DNA of 54,595 nt from a virus (lineage: Duplodnaviria; Caudoviricetes). The notes below the pieces were generated by a model, which saw nothing but the letters and a program-made list of their open reading frames with translations, searched no databases and had not been told where the DNA came from. The position numbers and the translations under genes were made by a program. Numbering within the stretch: position 1 is the first letter of the stretch; each line of letters starts with the position of its first letter. The DNA lies in IMG/VR virus record IMGVR_UViG_3300027872_000007, positions 1 through 54,595 of that record; one strand, given 5' to 3'. Shown in pieces: positions 46,877 through 54,595 of the stretch.

Positions 46877-47134
46877 TTATAATACATCCTTTAAGGCTCG
46901 ACACTTCGCTTCGTGTGCCTGCCGGCATTCGTTCTTGATGTGCTGTTCGCAACCAGGACACATCTCACATTTCTTACACGATCCCTGCTTCGCGAACGGC
47001 GTAGTCAGATAGCAAGTGCAAACATCGGGAAAGTTTTCCTCGACTCGTTTGCGGCGCCACGCTATCCATCGATCATGCGCTTCCTTCGGCGTCGGGCGTC
47101 TTGTGGAAACCGCAGAACCCGCAGAACTTTTCAT
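46877..47134 (-). CDS. Cys-rich hypothetical protein
   Basis: CTC..CKKCEMCPGC..H..C; start uncertain. Confidence 0.45.
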   Translation of the reverse strand: MKSSAGSAVSTRRPTPKEAHDRWIAWRRKRVEENFPDVCTCYLTTPFAKQGSCKKCEMCPGCEQHIKNECRQAHEAKCRALKDVL

Positions 47135-47273
47135 CGATGTCCTTCCTGCTATACGAGCGACGACTACATTTTAGACAAACAATGCATGTGCCATCGTCAC
47201 TGACGAGATAAGTCAGATCCGACTTGTTTGGCCAGCCGACGAGTTTCTTCGCTGACTCTATGAAACGCTGCAT
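47073..47273 (-). CDS. Zn-finger protein
   Basis: IVCLKC..SY..DI..KFCGFCGFH. Confidence 0.55.
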   Translation of the reverse strand: MQRFIESAKKLVGWPNKSDLTYLVSDDGTCIVCLKCSRRSYSRKDIDEKFCGFCGFHKTPDAEGSA

Positions 47274-47592
47274 TACAGTTGCCACGAGCAATAACCTCCG
47301 ATAGACCTCGCGCCAATCCCAACAGCCAGTGATCGGTAACCACCAGCAGAAAGATCTGGGCAAGGATGTTGATGTCCGCGCCGGCTTTCAGCCAATGAGA
47401 CTTCGGCCTAAACTGCGCCAGCGTGAAGTCGTCCATGCGGAATGAATAAAACGAAAGCAGGAACAGCCCGTAGACGATCCAGTGCACCAGATCGTTCTGA
47501 GCCTCAGTGCCGAACGGCGTTCCCGATGTGTAAATGAGCCAGGTAAACCAGGTCGAAAATGCGACCGCCAACCATTGTGACATCTTGCTCAT
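47197..47592 (-). CDS. Multi-pass membrane protein
   Basis: About three hydrophobic segments. Confidence 0.6.
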   Translation of the reverse strand: MSKMSQWLAVAFSTWFTWLIYTSGTPFGTEAQNDLVHWIVYGLFLLSFYSFRMDDFTLAQFRPKSHWLKAGADINILAQIFLLVVTDHWLLGLARGLSEVIARGNCNAAFHRVSEETRRLAKQVGSDLSRQ

Positions 47593-47598
47593 GGCTGC

Positions 47599-47703
47599 CT
47601 ATACGTGTCCGCCCTGAAAGCCGGTAATTGCCGGCAATATAACAAAGAAAACCAGCAACGCCAGAAACACGATGATAGCCACAACAATTTTGAGTGTTTT
47701 CAC
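47599..47703 (-). CDS. 34-aa membrane peptide (not in ORF track)
   Basis: GTG start after the GGAGG SD; MKTLKIVVAIIVFLALLVFFVILPAITGFQGGHV. Confidence 0.6.
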   Translation of the reverse strand: MKTLKIVVAIIVFLALLVFFVILPAITGFQGGHV

Positions 47704-47705
47704 GA

Positions 47706-47752
47706 CTGTACCCTCCTATATAGATACTACGATAACAGAACAGCGATCTCAA
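47706..47752 (-). promoter_or_regulatory. Sigma70-like promoter plus GGGTACAG leader heading the small-ORF operon
   Basis: TTGAGA-17-TAGTAT-10nt-GGGTACAG. Confidence 0.6.
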
Positions 47753-48438
47753 GTGATCTCGTGAGATTCGCCTTCAATTGCCCTGGCCCTGGCTGCCTTC
47801 TTCTGGATCGCCTCCAGCGTCTGTATGACAGCTTCCAGCTCATCCTGTGGCATAGAGCTGAAGTCCAGCGACCGAGCCTGGCTCTGGCGCATGTTCAGAT
47901 CCAGCATCAGCTTCTCGGAGAACATCCCCAGGTGGCGACCCAGATTGACCAAGGCGCTGTGTTTGTCATGCAAAACGTACCTGTAATCCAGCTCCTTGCC
48001 GTCCTCGGTCTCGATCTCCTCGGTCGTCCAGGAGTCCACAGCGAGGGCCTGCGGATTGGTCAGCTCGTTCACTGGCCTGCCGATCAGGCGTATGCCACCG
48101 TTCACCTTCACGACTCGAACATAGTCCTTGACATTCTGAAAGCCGATCGCTGCCATCTCATGCAAGATCCTGGTCGTCGTCACATCGTACTGGGCCGCGG
48201 CCACTTCATTCTTCTTCTCTTGAAGAAACGCCAGGAACGGACGCAGATTGGCCGCCAACTTGTGGGATTTTATCTTCGATGTGGTTTTGGAGTACCCGGC
48301 ATCGATCATTGCTGGATACGGCTTCATTGCGTGTTGGACCACGTTTATCGCGAAGTCCAGTTGCAATTTAGTTCGTGGCCAGCCTCTGGTGTTGCGTGGT
48401 TCTACCTGGATCACTTCTGCTGGGGCGCTCACACACAT
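47749..48438 (-). CDS. terS: Terminase small subunit
   Basis: AMIDAGYS HTH, VTTTRILHEMAAIGF, LHDKHSALVNLGRHLGMF. Confidence 0.85.
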   Translation of the reverse strand: MCVSAPAEVIQVEPRNTRGWPRTKLQLDFAINVVQHAMKPYPAMIDAGYSKTTSKIKSHKLAANLRPFLAFLQEKKNEVAAAQYDVTTTRILHEMAAIGFQNVKDYVRVVKVNGGIRLIGRPVNELTNPQALAVDSWTTEEIETEDGKELDYRYVLHDKHSALVNLGRHLGMFSEKLMLDLNMRQSQARSLDFSSMPQDELEAVIQTLEAIQKKAARARAIEGESHEIT

Positions 48439-48752
48439 GCTCCATTGTTTCCCGGCAGCCGCAGCCGGCCCACCGAGGATGTGTCGGGTAGGTCTTATGA
48501 TACTCGCAAGGCCGGTAAACTTTCACGCTTCTCATTCCGATCGCAATCGAATCTCACACAGGTCGCCCAAGGGGATCACCTGCATGGTCGAGATGCCCTC
48601 CACTTTGATGCCAAGAAACTCATCGATCAGCTTCGTGGCCGTCTCCAACCGAGTCATCCCAAAGTCACGCTTCCCGAACTCCTCGGCTGGCACTCTGAAT
48701 GACATTGTGTTTGTAATCACAACGCCCCTGATTACTTTGATGATCGTAGTCC

Positions 48753-48809
48753 TTGCAATCCCGTAGTCAGACGCGTATTGTCTCATCTGGGTACAGTCAG
48801 TCAAGGAGC
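48753..48809 (+). promoter_or_regulatory. Sigma70-like promoter plus GGGTACAG..GGAGC leader
   Basis: TTGCAA-17-TATTGT-7nt-GGGTACAG. Confidence 0.6.
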
Positions 48810-48814
48810 AAGAC

Positions 48815-48985
48815 ATGGAAATTCTCTTTTGGATACTTGTGATCTACGTCACACTCGACATCGCCGCTTGCGTATATGTTGTCTATCAGCGCGGCGGGAT
48901 CAAGGCCACCGTCCGTGAAGTTCGCGACAACTTAGGATACACGCGGCCTTCAGAGGATGACGAAGATGTTCACAGTGAATGGTGA
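48815..48985 (+). CDS. 56-aa membrane protein (not in ORF track)
   Basis: AAGGAG SD; MEILFWILVIYVTLDIAACVYVVYQRGG... Confidence 0.65.
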   Translation: MEILFWILVIYVTLDIAACVYVVYQRGGIKATVREVRDNLGYTRPSEDDEDVHSEW

Positions 48986-49106
48986 AGGACCTGAATACGC
49001 GCACATCGGCCTAGTATTCGCTGCGGCTCGTGCCTGGATGATCGATTTCCGCAGGAGCGTGACGATCTATCAAAACGGTAAACCGCTCAGGCTTTTGCGC
49101 TATTAA
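48966..49106 (+). CDS. 46-aa hypothetical protein (not in ORF track)
   Basis: MFTVNGEGPEYAHIG...; ends just before the terminator. Confidence 0.5.
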   Translation: MFTVNGEGPEYAHIGLVFAAARAWMIDFRRSVTIYQNGKPLRLLRY

Positions 49107-49124
49107 GCCCCACTTTTCTCCACC

Positions 49125-49148
49125 AAGGGCCCTTCGGGGCCCTTTTTA
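49125..49148 (+). terminator. Intrinsic terminator
   Basis: AAGGGCCC-TTCG-GGGCCCTT followed by TTT. Confidence 0.85.
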
Positions 49149-49163
49149 TTGTCAAATGAGAGC

Positions 49164-49218
49164 TTGCAATCATGTGGTCATCGTGCATAATCGGTCCTGG
49201 GTACAGCAGCAACGGAGC
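49164..49218 (+). promoter_or_regulatory. Sigma70-like promoter plus GGGTACAG..GGAGC leader
   Basis: TTGCAA-16-CATAAT-7nt-GGGTACAG. Confidence 0.6.
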
Positions 49219-49223
49219 AAATC

Positions 49224-49418
49224 ATGAGGAACCACGAACTGATCTCAGCCATTGCCGAAGAATCGGTAGAGCTTCGAGACCTCTCAACAAGCGGTGGCGT
49301 CAACGAGCAGGCATTCGATCTTTGGGCGCACCAAGACCGCCTGCAATCCATTCACGACGAACTTGTACAGCTCGGCACAGCCATCCGGATCGAAGCCAAA
49401 AATCTCAGCTCATCGTAG
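49224..49418 (+). CDS. Small helical protein
   Basis: GGAG SD downstream of the promoter. Confidence 0.65.
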   Translation: MRNHELISAIAEESVELRDLSTSGGVNEQAFDLWAHQDRLQSIHDELVQLGTAIRIEAKNLSSS

Positions 49419-49490
49419 CCAGTAGGGCATTCTCACGAGTGCCCCTCTGGGTGCAATGTCGCACCACAATCCATATAGGAGGATTGAATC

Positions 49491-50624
49491 ATGAAAGCTG
49501 GAATGTCACTCGAAGCATTACTCACGGAAGTCCAGCGGCAAAACTCTGTCAAGAGAGACTTCACGACCTCGACCGAAGACAATGCACGTATGGTCGATAC
49601 GGACGCTGAAGGTTTTCCTGGCGGCGTTGCCGTTGTGATGTTGAAGGATGGTGCTGCTGAGCTTGAGCGTTTCGCTGTATCGGAACACGCACACAAGCAG
49701 ATCGCAGCTCGCCTGAACATCCCCAGTCGCTACTACTTTCGACTGCTGACTGATCACCGTGATCTCGTCATCCACCAGGTCAACGCTCTGTTCGAGCGTG
49801 AGCCGGCATCACGCCTGTTCCGCACCTTGGATGGCACCCTTCGCGCCTTCCTGTCCGATCGCTACCTGCGACTGGACAACAACGATGTCCTGGAGCAGAC
49901 GCTTCCGGCGATCGTCAAGGGCGAGTTGGAGACCCAACTGCTCAGCACCAATGTCGGTGAGAACAAGATGCACATGAAGGTCCTGTTCACTGGCGACGAG
50001 CTGGCGCACGAAGTCACCTCTCGTACCAAGGATGGCTCGCCCAGGATCATCCGTCCTGGATTCCGTATGTCCAACTCAGAGACCGGCAGCGGCACTCTGG
50101 CCATCGAAGGCTTCTTCTACGATGGCTACTGCCTCAACGGCTGCGTGTTTGGTCGCGTCGAAGCGTTCAGCTTCAAGCGCACCCATCTCGGTGGCCGGCT
50201 GATCGAGGGCGTTGACTTCGAGGTTATCTCGGACAAGTCCCGCGAGCTGGAGGACAAGGCGATCATCAGCCAGGTGTCTGATGTCATGGCATCGATGGCC
50301 AATCCTGAGTTCGCTCAGAAGATGGTAGATCGGCTCAGAGCCACGACGCTGACTGGTGACGTGCAGAGCCCGGTCAATGCTGTTGACTTCGCTGTAAAGG
50401 AGCTGGATCTGCGTGAGGACGAGAAAGAGGGCATCCTCACTACGTTCATCGAGGATCGTGACTATTCGCAGTGGGGCTTGGCATCTGCCATCACCCAGAT
50501 TGCGAACAAGAACGAGACCTCCTACGAACGCGCCTGTGAACTGGAGAATGTCGGTGCCAACATCATCGACCTGAACCAGGTTCAATGGAACAGGTTCGTC
50601 CAGGCAGAGAAGGTTGCTGCCTAA
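49491..50624 (+). CDS. DUF932-family phage/plasmid protein
   Basis: AHKQIAARLNIP..Y, RAFLSDRY.RLDN, SNSETGSG, CLNG; strong SD. Confidence 0.8.
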   Translation: MKAGMSLEALLTEVQRQNSVKRDFTTSTEDNARMVDTDAEGFPGGVAVVMLKDGAAELERFAVSEHAHKQIAARLNIPSRYYFRLLTDHRDLVIHQVNALFEREPASRLFRTLDGTLRAFLSDRYLRLDNNDVLEQTLPAIVKGELETQLLSTNVGENKMHMKVLFTGDELAHEVTSRTKDGSPRIIRPGFRMSNSETGSGTLAIEGFFYDGYCLNGCVFGRVEAFSFKRTHLGGRLIEGVDFEVISDKSRELEDKAIISQVSDVMASMANPEFAQKMVDRLRATTLTGDVQSPVNAVDFAVKELDLREDEKEGILTTFIEDRDYSQWGLASAITQIANKNETSYERACELENVGANIIDLNQVQWNRFVQAEKVAA

Positions 50625-50644
50625 CTCCGGTGTACCCGCACCAG

Positions 50645-50664
50645 AAGGGGCCTTCGGGCCCCTT
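50645..50664 (+). terminator. GC hairpin (weak terminator or processing site)
   Basis: AAGGGGCC-TTCG-GGCCCCTT with a poor U-tract. Confidence 0.5.
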
Positions 50665-50677
50665 GTGAGGTGCAATC

Positions 50678-50944
50678 ATGATGACAAAACACACGCCCAA
50701 GCACTTAGAAGCCTTTGACCTAATTTGGCCGGTTGCCATTGAGATAGCTAAAGCCTATCTAAGCGAATACTCCACCGATTACCCCGGTGGCTACGCGAAG
50801 CAAAAATTGAAACGAGTTCAAGCAGAAGACCACACAAAGGTTCATCTTATATCTGAGGTTCTATGGAGGCTATCTGGAGATGCATACACACCTCATTATT
50901 GGTTCACAGAAATAATAGATAAGGCAAAACATGGTGCACTATGA
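50678..50944 (+). CDS. Hypothetical protein (lower GC)
   Basis: GAGGT SD. Confidence 0.6.
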   Translation: MMTKHTPKHLEAFDLIWPVAIEIAKAYLSEYSTDYPGGYAKQKLKRVQAEDHTKVHLISEVLWRLSGDAYTPHYWFTEIIDKAKHGAL

Positions 50945-51066
50945 ATCAGACTAAATACCTCTTTTACCACCGACCAAAATCATGCGAAAAATAAATTTTC
51001 AGGCCAAATCGACTACACCATCAAAGGGCTCCAGCCCCAAGATTGTCCGATTGTCACCATGTCGTT

Positions 51067-51120
51067 CTGCAACGCTGTTGTCAAAATGTTATAATGATCA
51101 TTCGGGTACAGCTTTGGAGC
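51067..51120 (+). promoter_or_regulatory. Extended -10 promoter plus GGGTACAG..GGAGC leader
   Basis: CTGCAA-17-(TGn)TATAAT-8nt-GGGTACAG. Confidence 0.7.
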
Positions 51121-51125
51121 GGTCA

Positions 51126-51395
51126 ATGGAAACCTCAATCGTCTACTACGACCCCTCGAACATCGGGCAAAAGACTTGCCTGGTCATCGAGTCACGCAAG
51201 CGCCTGCACATCGTCATGATCAAGGGCAGGGGCTTGGTCCACTTATCAATTCCGGAATCGGAAGCTCAGTACATGCGCCCAGCCGGAGTCGCCTTGAAGA
51301 AAGGACTGCGTTCGTTCGGCGGTATCGCCAGACGGAAAGGATCCACAAAGGCAGCCAAGACCTGGTTAGCCAAAGCAAGGGAGAGCGTCTCATGA
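51126..51395 (+). CDS. Basic hypothetical protein
   Basis: Start METSIVYYD after GGAG. Confidence 0.6.
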   Translation: METSIVYYDPSNIGQKTCLVIESRKRLHIVMIKGRGLVHLSIPESEAQYMRPAGVALKKGLRSFGGIARRKGSTKAAKTWLAKARESVS

Positions 51396-51745
51396 GCAGA
51401 ACTTGGACTGAACACAAACTCACTGACAGCATGCTGAAACAATTAGCAGCCGCATCAAACCGCGAGAATGGCAGTCTGTATCCAGGCATTGGTTATGGTG
51501 CCCCTAGCTCGCGAGCGGCGTTGTTCGTTCGCGGCCTCGCTAATAACGCAGCAGGCGAGTGCAAAGCATATCCAGGTCACAGAGACGACCGGATCAACGA
51601 CACTGGCCGAAAGGCACTCGAAGACACTCGAATGTTTGGTACTTATGGTTGTGCAACTGACTGTAAGTGCGACCGATGTAAAGAACTTCGAAAACAGGCT
51701 GACGAAGAAAGATTGGCACAAACCCGAAAAGGGGTGCCGAAATGA
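51392..51745 (+). CDS. Hypothetical protein with C-terminal Cys cluster
   Basis: ATGA-coupled; CATDCKCDRC. Confidence 0.6.
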   Translation: MSRTWTEHKLTDSMLKQLAAASNRENGSLYPGIGYGAPSSRAALFVRGLANNAAGECKAYPGHRDDRINDTGRKALEDTRMFGTYGCATDCKCDRCKELRKQADEERLAQTRKGVPK

Positions 51746-52647
51746 AACAAACATTCATCAACAAGAATTTCAAAGACGAGTCGTTGGTCATCATCAGGCT
51801 GGCAAACGAAATCATCGACGAGTACCGCTCTCAGGGCTTCCTCCTGACGCTGCGGCAGCTCTACTACCAGTTCGTCGCCAGAGGGTGGCTGCCGAACACG
51901 CAGCAGTCCTACAAGCGTCTGGGCTCGATCATCAACGATGCCAGGCTTGCCGGCATGGTGGACTGGAGCGCGATCGAGGACCGCACCAGGAACGTGAAGT
52001 CGAACTACCACTACACCGGCCCACGTCAAGCCGTCCAGGATGCGCTCGACACCTACGAGATTGATATGTGGGCGAACCAGCCTGAGCGTGTCGAGGTGTG
52101 GATTGAAAAGGAAGCCCTGTCAGGCGTCATCGCAAATGTCTGCGACGAAATGGACGTGCCCTACTTCGCTTGCCGCGGCTACGTTTCGCAGTCGGAACAG
52201 TGGAGAGCCTATCGTCGCGCACAGTACTACGGACACGAGAAAAGCCAGACCACTGTCATTCTCCATTTTGGAGATCACGACCCATCTGGCATCGACATGA
52301 CTCGCGACAACCAGGACCGTTTGGATATGTTCTTGGAAGATGATGAGTATGTAGAAAACGTCACGGTAGAACGCCTGGCGCTGAACATGGATCAGGTAGA
52401 AGAATTTAATCCGCCGCCGAATCCTGCCAAGATAACCGACAGCAGATTCGCCGGCTACGCCGCCCAGTACGGTGACGAGAGCTGGGAGCTAGACGCGCTG
52501 GAACCGAAGGTAATGACAGACCTGATCCGCCAGCATGTGCGACAGCACCGTGACCCGGCACTCTGGTCGGACAAAGAGGAGGAGCGGGACGACCATAAGC
52601 TCCAGCTCCAGGACATCATCGACGATTTAGGAGAAGACGATGAATAG
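51742..52647 (+). CDS. TopoVI-A/Spo11-like wHTH-TOPRIM protein
   Basis: LTLRQLYYQ, VEVWIEKEAL, RGY.S, HFGDHDPSG, WELDAL. Confidence 0.75.
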   Translation: MKQTFINKNFKDESLVIIRLANEIIDEYRSQGFLLTLRQLYYQFVARGWLPNTQQSYKRLGSIINDARLAGMVDWSAIEDRTRNVKSNYHYTGPRQAVQDALDTYEIDMWANQPERVEVWIEKEALSGVIANVCDEMDVPYFACRGYVSQSEQWRAYRRAQYYGHEKSQTTVILHFGDHDPSGIDMTRDNQDRLDMFLEDDEYVENVTVERLALNMDQVEEFNPPPNPAKITDSRFAGYAAQYGDESWELDALEPKVMTDLIRQHVRQHRDPALWSDKEEERDDHKLQLQDIIDDLGEDDE

Positions 52648-52939
52648 GAAGCAGGAAATCAAAGAGATAAGGCTAGTCCTTAATTATTCGCGCAAGGTGT
52701 ACGGAAGCTGCAATCATTCCTACATAGGCTGCATGGCCGACTCGCGCCTTCACTCGATCCTGGGATGCACGAGGAACCAACAGCTCGTCCCGGAACAAGG
52801 ATACGACGAGCTATTCGAGAACGCGACAGACGATCAAATCGACGAAGGTCACAAATACGTCGATCACTGGATCCCGATCGCCAAGGAATACATGGCTCCG
52901 CGAGCCAGAATCTCCAGGGCAATCGCCCAGTTCAGCTAA
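52640..52939 (+). CDS. Hypothetical protein
   Basis: AGGAG SD; overlaps the upstream gene. Confidence 0.6.
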   Translation: MNRKQEIKEIRLVLNYSRKVYGSCNHSYIGCMADSRLHSILGCTRNQQLVPEQGYDELFENATDDQIDEGHKYVDHWIPIAKEYMAPRARISRAIAQFS

Positions 52940-52966
52940 AAAAGGGCCCTCGCAATGAGGGCCCTT
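52938..52966 (-). terminator. Intrinsic terminator (U-tract on minus strand; possibly bidirectional)
   Basis: AAGGGCCCTC-5nt-GAGGGCCCTT with an A6 run on the left. Confidence 0.8.
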
Positions 52967-53094
52967 CTCGAATAAAGCGACCGGAACTCTTTCAGCCAGA
53001 ATAGGCTATCGGGAATGCGGGTACAGTCACGGAGCCTGATAGGATTTCGTAGTTCCGGGTCGCCAGGGGTTCAGTCGCCGGGCTTCCTATCCAT
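52938..53094 (-). ncRNA. Candidate structured sRNA antisense to the GGGTACAG/GGAGC leaders
   Basis: Candidate promoter TTGTCG-18-TAATGT, long complementary arms, a loop containing CUCCGUGACUGUACCC, and its own terminator. Confidence 0.45.
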
Positions 53095-53098
53095 GGCG

Positions 53099-53530
53099 TT
53101 ACATTAGCACAGTCGGCTCCAGCTCGACAACCACCATGCCGTCAGTAACGATGTTGCTCGTTCGCCAGACGTGATGCTCCACGATCTGGTAGTCATCCAT
53201 AAATACGCCGGCTTTTTGCAGCGCATCCTCCAGCATCTTGAACAGATTCGACGTGTCCCGCTTCCTGCGGTCAGGCGGGAAGGTCCACATACGCATCACC
53301 AGAGGGCAGCTCCAATTCATGGCCGCCTTGTCCCGCATCACAATGGACTGGACGTTACGATGAAATTCCTTGGCCTGAGATGTCGGATACGCCTGGACGA
53401 ATTGCTTCGGCGCCCTGCCAGCAACCCGGTAGCCAGTGTAATGATTCGCGGTCGGCGGCCACGGTAACTCCAGTCTCAATCCAGATGGTTTACTACCGGA
53501 ACCGATGACTTCCAATTCTCCCTGCTCCAT
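53099..53530 (-). CDS. rusA: RusA-family Holliday junction resolvase
   Basis: LELPWPPTANHY..PPDRRKRDTSNLFKMLEDALQKAGVFMDDYQI. Confidence 0.88.
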   Translation of the reverse strand: MEQGELEVIGSGSKPSGLRLELPWPPTANHYTGYRVAGRAPKQFVQAYPTSQAKEFHRNVQSIVMRDKAAMNWSCPLVMRMWTFPPDRRKRDTSNLFKMLEDALQKAGVFMDDYQIVEHHVWRTSNIVTDGMVVVELEPTVLM

Positions 53531-53892
53531 AACTTTGCCTGCTCAAAAATATCGTAAGAAAGTTGATCGTTTACCCACTGAAGGTGTTTCATCTGCGTTC
53601 CAAATTCCAACTCCCAACTTTGCACTCCGTATCCAGAATCGATGCCAAGATGACCAACATGGTATTTGAACTCAAGCGGTATCTGTAAGAACGGATTGTT
53701 CTTCTCGCCCATGCCTGGGCCGCGAAACTCCGGACCAAGGTCTCTCATCGAGCCAGCATGACAATGGTGCAAAGTTATGAATCTTGACATCGCTACAGCA
53801 CAACGCAGCTCTCGCAAATTCTTCTCGTGCCTGGTGACGCTAATCTTCTGTGGTTGACCGCCATTCGGAGTACGGTCGCCTGATTCGTTCAT
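53476..53892 (-). CDS. Ref/DUF968-like HNH-type nuclease
   Basis: LRC..LHHC..GMG.K..IPL..YH..GI..WE.EFGTQ; start uncertain. Confidence 0.6.
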   Translation of the reverse strand: MNESGDRTPNGGQPQKISVTRHEKNLRELRCAVAMSRFITLHHCHAGSMRDLGPEFRGPGMGEKNNPFLQIPLEFKYHVGHLGIDSGYGVQSWELEFGTQMKHLQWVNDQLSYDIFEQAKLWSRENWKSSVPVVNHLD

Positions 53893-54595
53893 GAAATACC
53901 TCTCCCGCCTTTGGATTGTTGTCGAGATCAGCCCTTGATTCGATGCCGCAGATCCAGCGGATCCACCTGGCAACATGGTCGCCATGATCCCACCATGCGG
54001 CTGATCTCAGCTTTTTGTCTGGTAGCGGCACCTGTTCGCTCAGGTATTGCAGGAACAGGTTGTCGTGGCTCCTCATTGCGGCCCACCGCGCCAGCGGCCC
54101 TCCCTTGCCGGCACCATTGGCTTGCTCTGCCCTTGCTCGCTTCTCCTGGTTGATTGGCTCGTCGTCTGAGTCCAGCTCGACGAACACAGCCATGAACAGG
54201 TCGCCTGGTTCATTGCGCTGCCTGCCGGCGCAGCCTGCGAACGGGTGGCTCGCGTCCTCCTCATCCATCCAGAACCTGACCCACATGCCCTGCCCCAAAG
54301 GATTACCGCCTCCAGCCAGCATCAGCTCACCCTGGTAGAAAACATCGTCGTCACCGACCCTGGTGATCGCAGTATGGAACCTGGTGCCCACTCGGTTACC
54401 GCGGCGCCTGACAAATTGAGCAAACGGATGCAGGATCATCGGCGTATCGTCCGTGCCAACCAGGCGAAACTTGACTGTGCGACCTGAGTTCAGCTCCCAT
54501 TTCGCATCCAGGAGTTCGAGGCCGCCCTGGTGCGCAACGATCGGGAGCGTCTCAGTCGAACTCGTCGAACTCGTCTCTGCGTCCGGATCTAGTAC
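53840..54595 (-). CDS. Conserved phage protein (probably 5'-truncated by the window)
   Basis: Frame open to the right edge; C-terminal WIRWICGIESRADLD.N..A...F...IRRPY motif. Confidence 0.6.
   Translation of the reverse strand, partial: VLDPDAETSSTSSTETLPIVAHQGGLELLDAKWELNSGRTVKFRLVGTDDTPMILHPFAQFVRRRGNRVGTRFHTAITRVGDDDVFYQGELMLAGGGNPLGQGMWVRFWMDEEDASHPFAGCAGRQRNEPGDLFMAVFVELDSDDEPINQEKRARAEQANGAGKGGPLARWAAMRSHDNLFLQYLSEQVPLPDKKLRSAAWWDHGDHVARWIRWICGIESRADLDNNPKAGEVFHERIRRPYSEWRSTTED

Noticed and set aside
1161-48766. Many long plus-strand ORFs in the track (e.g. 5565-6242, 31612-32622, 35027-35941, 47605-48702)
   Set aside because: They are antisense shadows of well-supported minus-strand genes in GC-rich DNA, with no recognisable motifs.
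48532-48816. Minus-strand ORF upstream of terS
   Set aside because: It overlaps a divergent promoter and has no convincing SD or motif. A shorter 48532-48705 version remains possible.
52977-53063. Hammerhead or HDV-like ribozyme reading of the structured element (CGAAA, CUGAAAGAG, crossing stems)
   Set aside because: The core is CUGAAAGA rather than CUGANGA, stems I and III do not register, and the HDV P3/L3 consensus is absent.
1-54595. tRNA, rRNA, CRISPR array, integrase or transposase
   Set aside because: None recognised by eye; tRNAscan-SE and similar tools were not run.

Overview
This window is a 54.6 kb segment of a tailed dsDNA phage with podovirus-type morphogenesis genes, probably infecting a Gram-negative host. 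I saw no integrase, tRNA, CRISPR array or endolysin. The minus strand reads right to left: RusA and a Ref-like nuclease; TerS; about 10 kb of small accessory ORFs; TerL; a PagL-like beta-barrel plus lipoprotein cassette; portal; GroES-like co-chaperonin; scaffold; decoration protein; major capsid protein (MCP); adaptor, nozzle and fibre genes; a GNAT; ejection proteins; and a >2,200-aa polyvalent protein (ART, InPase, metallopeptidase domains) that runs off the left edge and is missing from the ORF track. A plus-strand island (48.8-52.9 kb) encodes a DUF932 protein and a TopoVI-A-like TOPRIM protein. Two observations stand out. (1) Five small genes at 42.8-45.2 kb are built from shuffled peptide fragments of the MCP; three start with twin-arginine signals and one has a C-terminal membrane anchor, suggesting a capsid-mimic or decoy system. 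(2) A GGGTACAG leader motif follows four sigma70-like promoters, and a candidate ~155-nt structured sRNA displays its complement together with an anti-Shine-Dalgarno sequence. All family assignments are by-eye motif recognition; no database searches were run.
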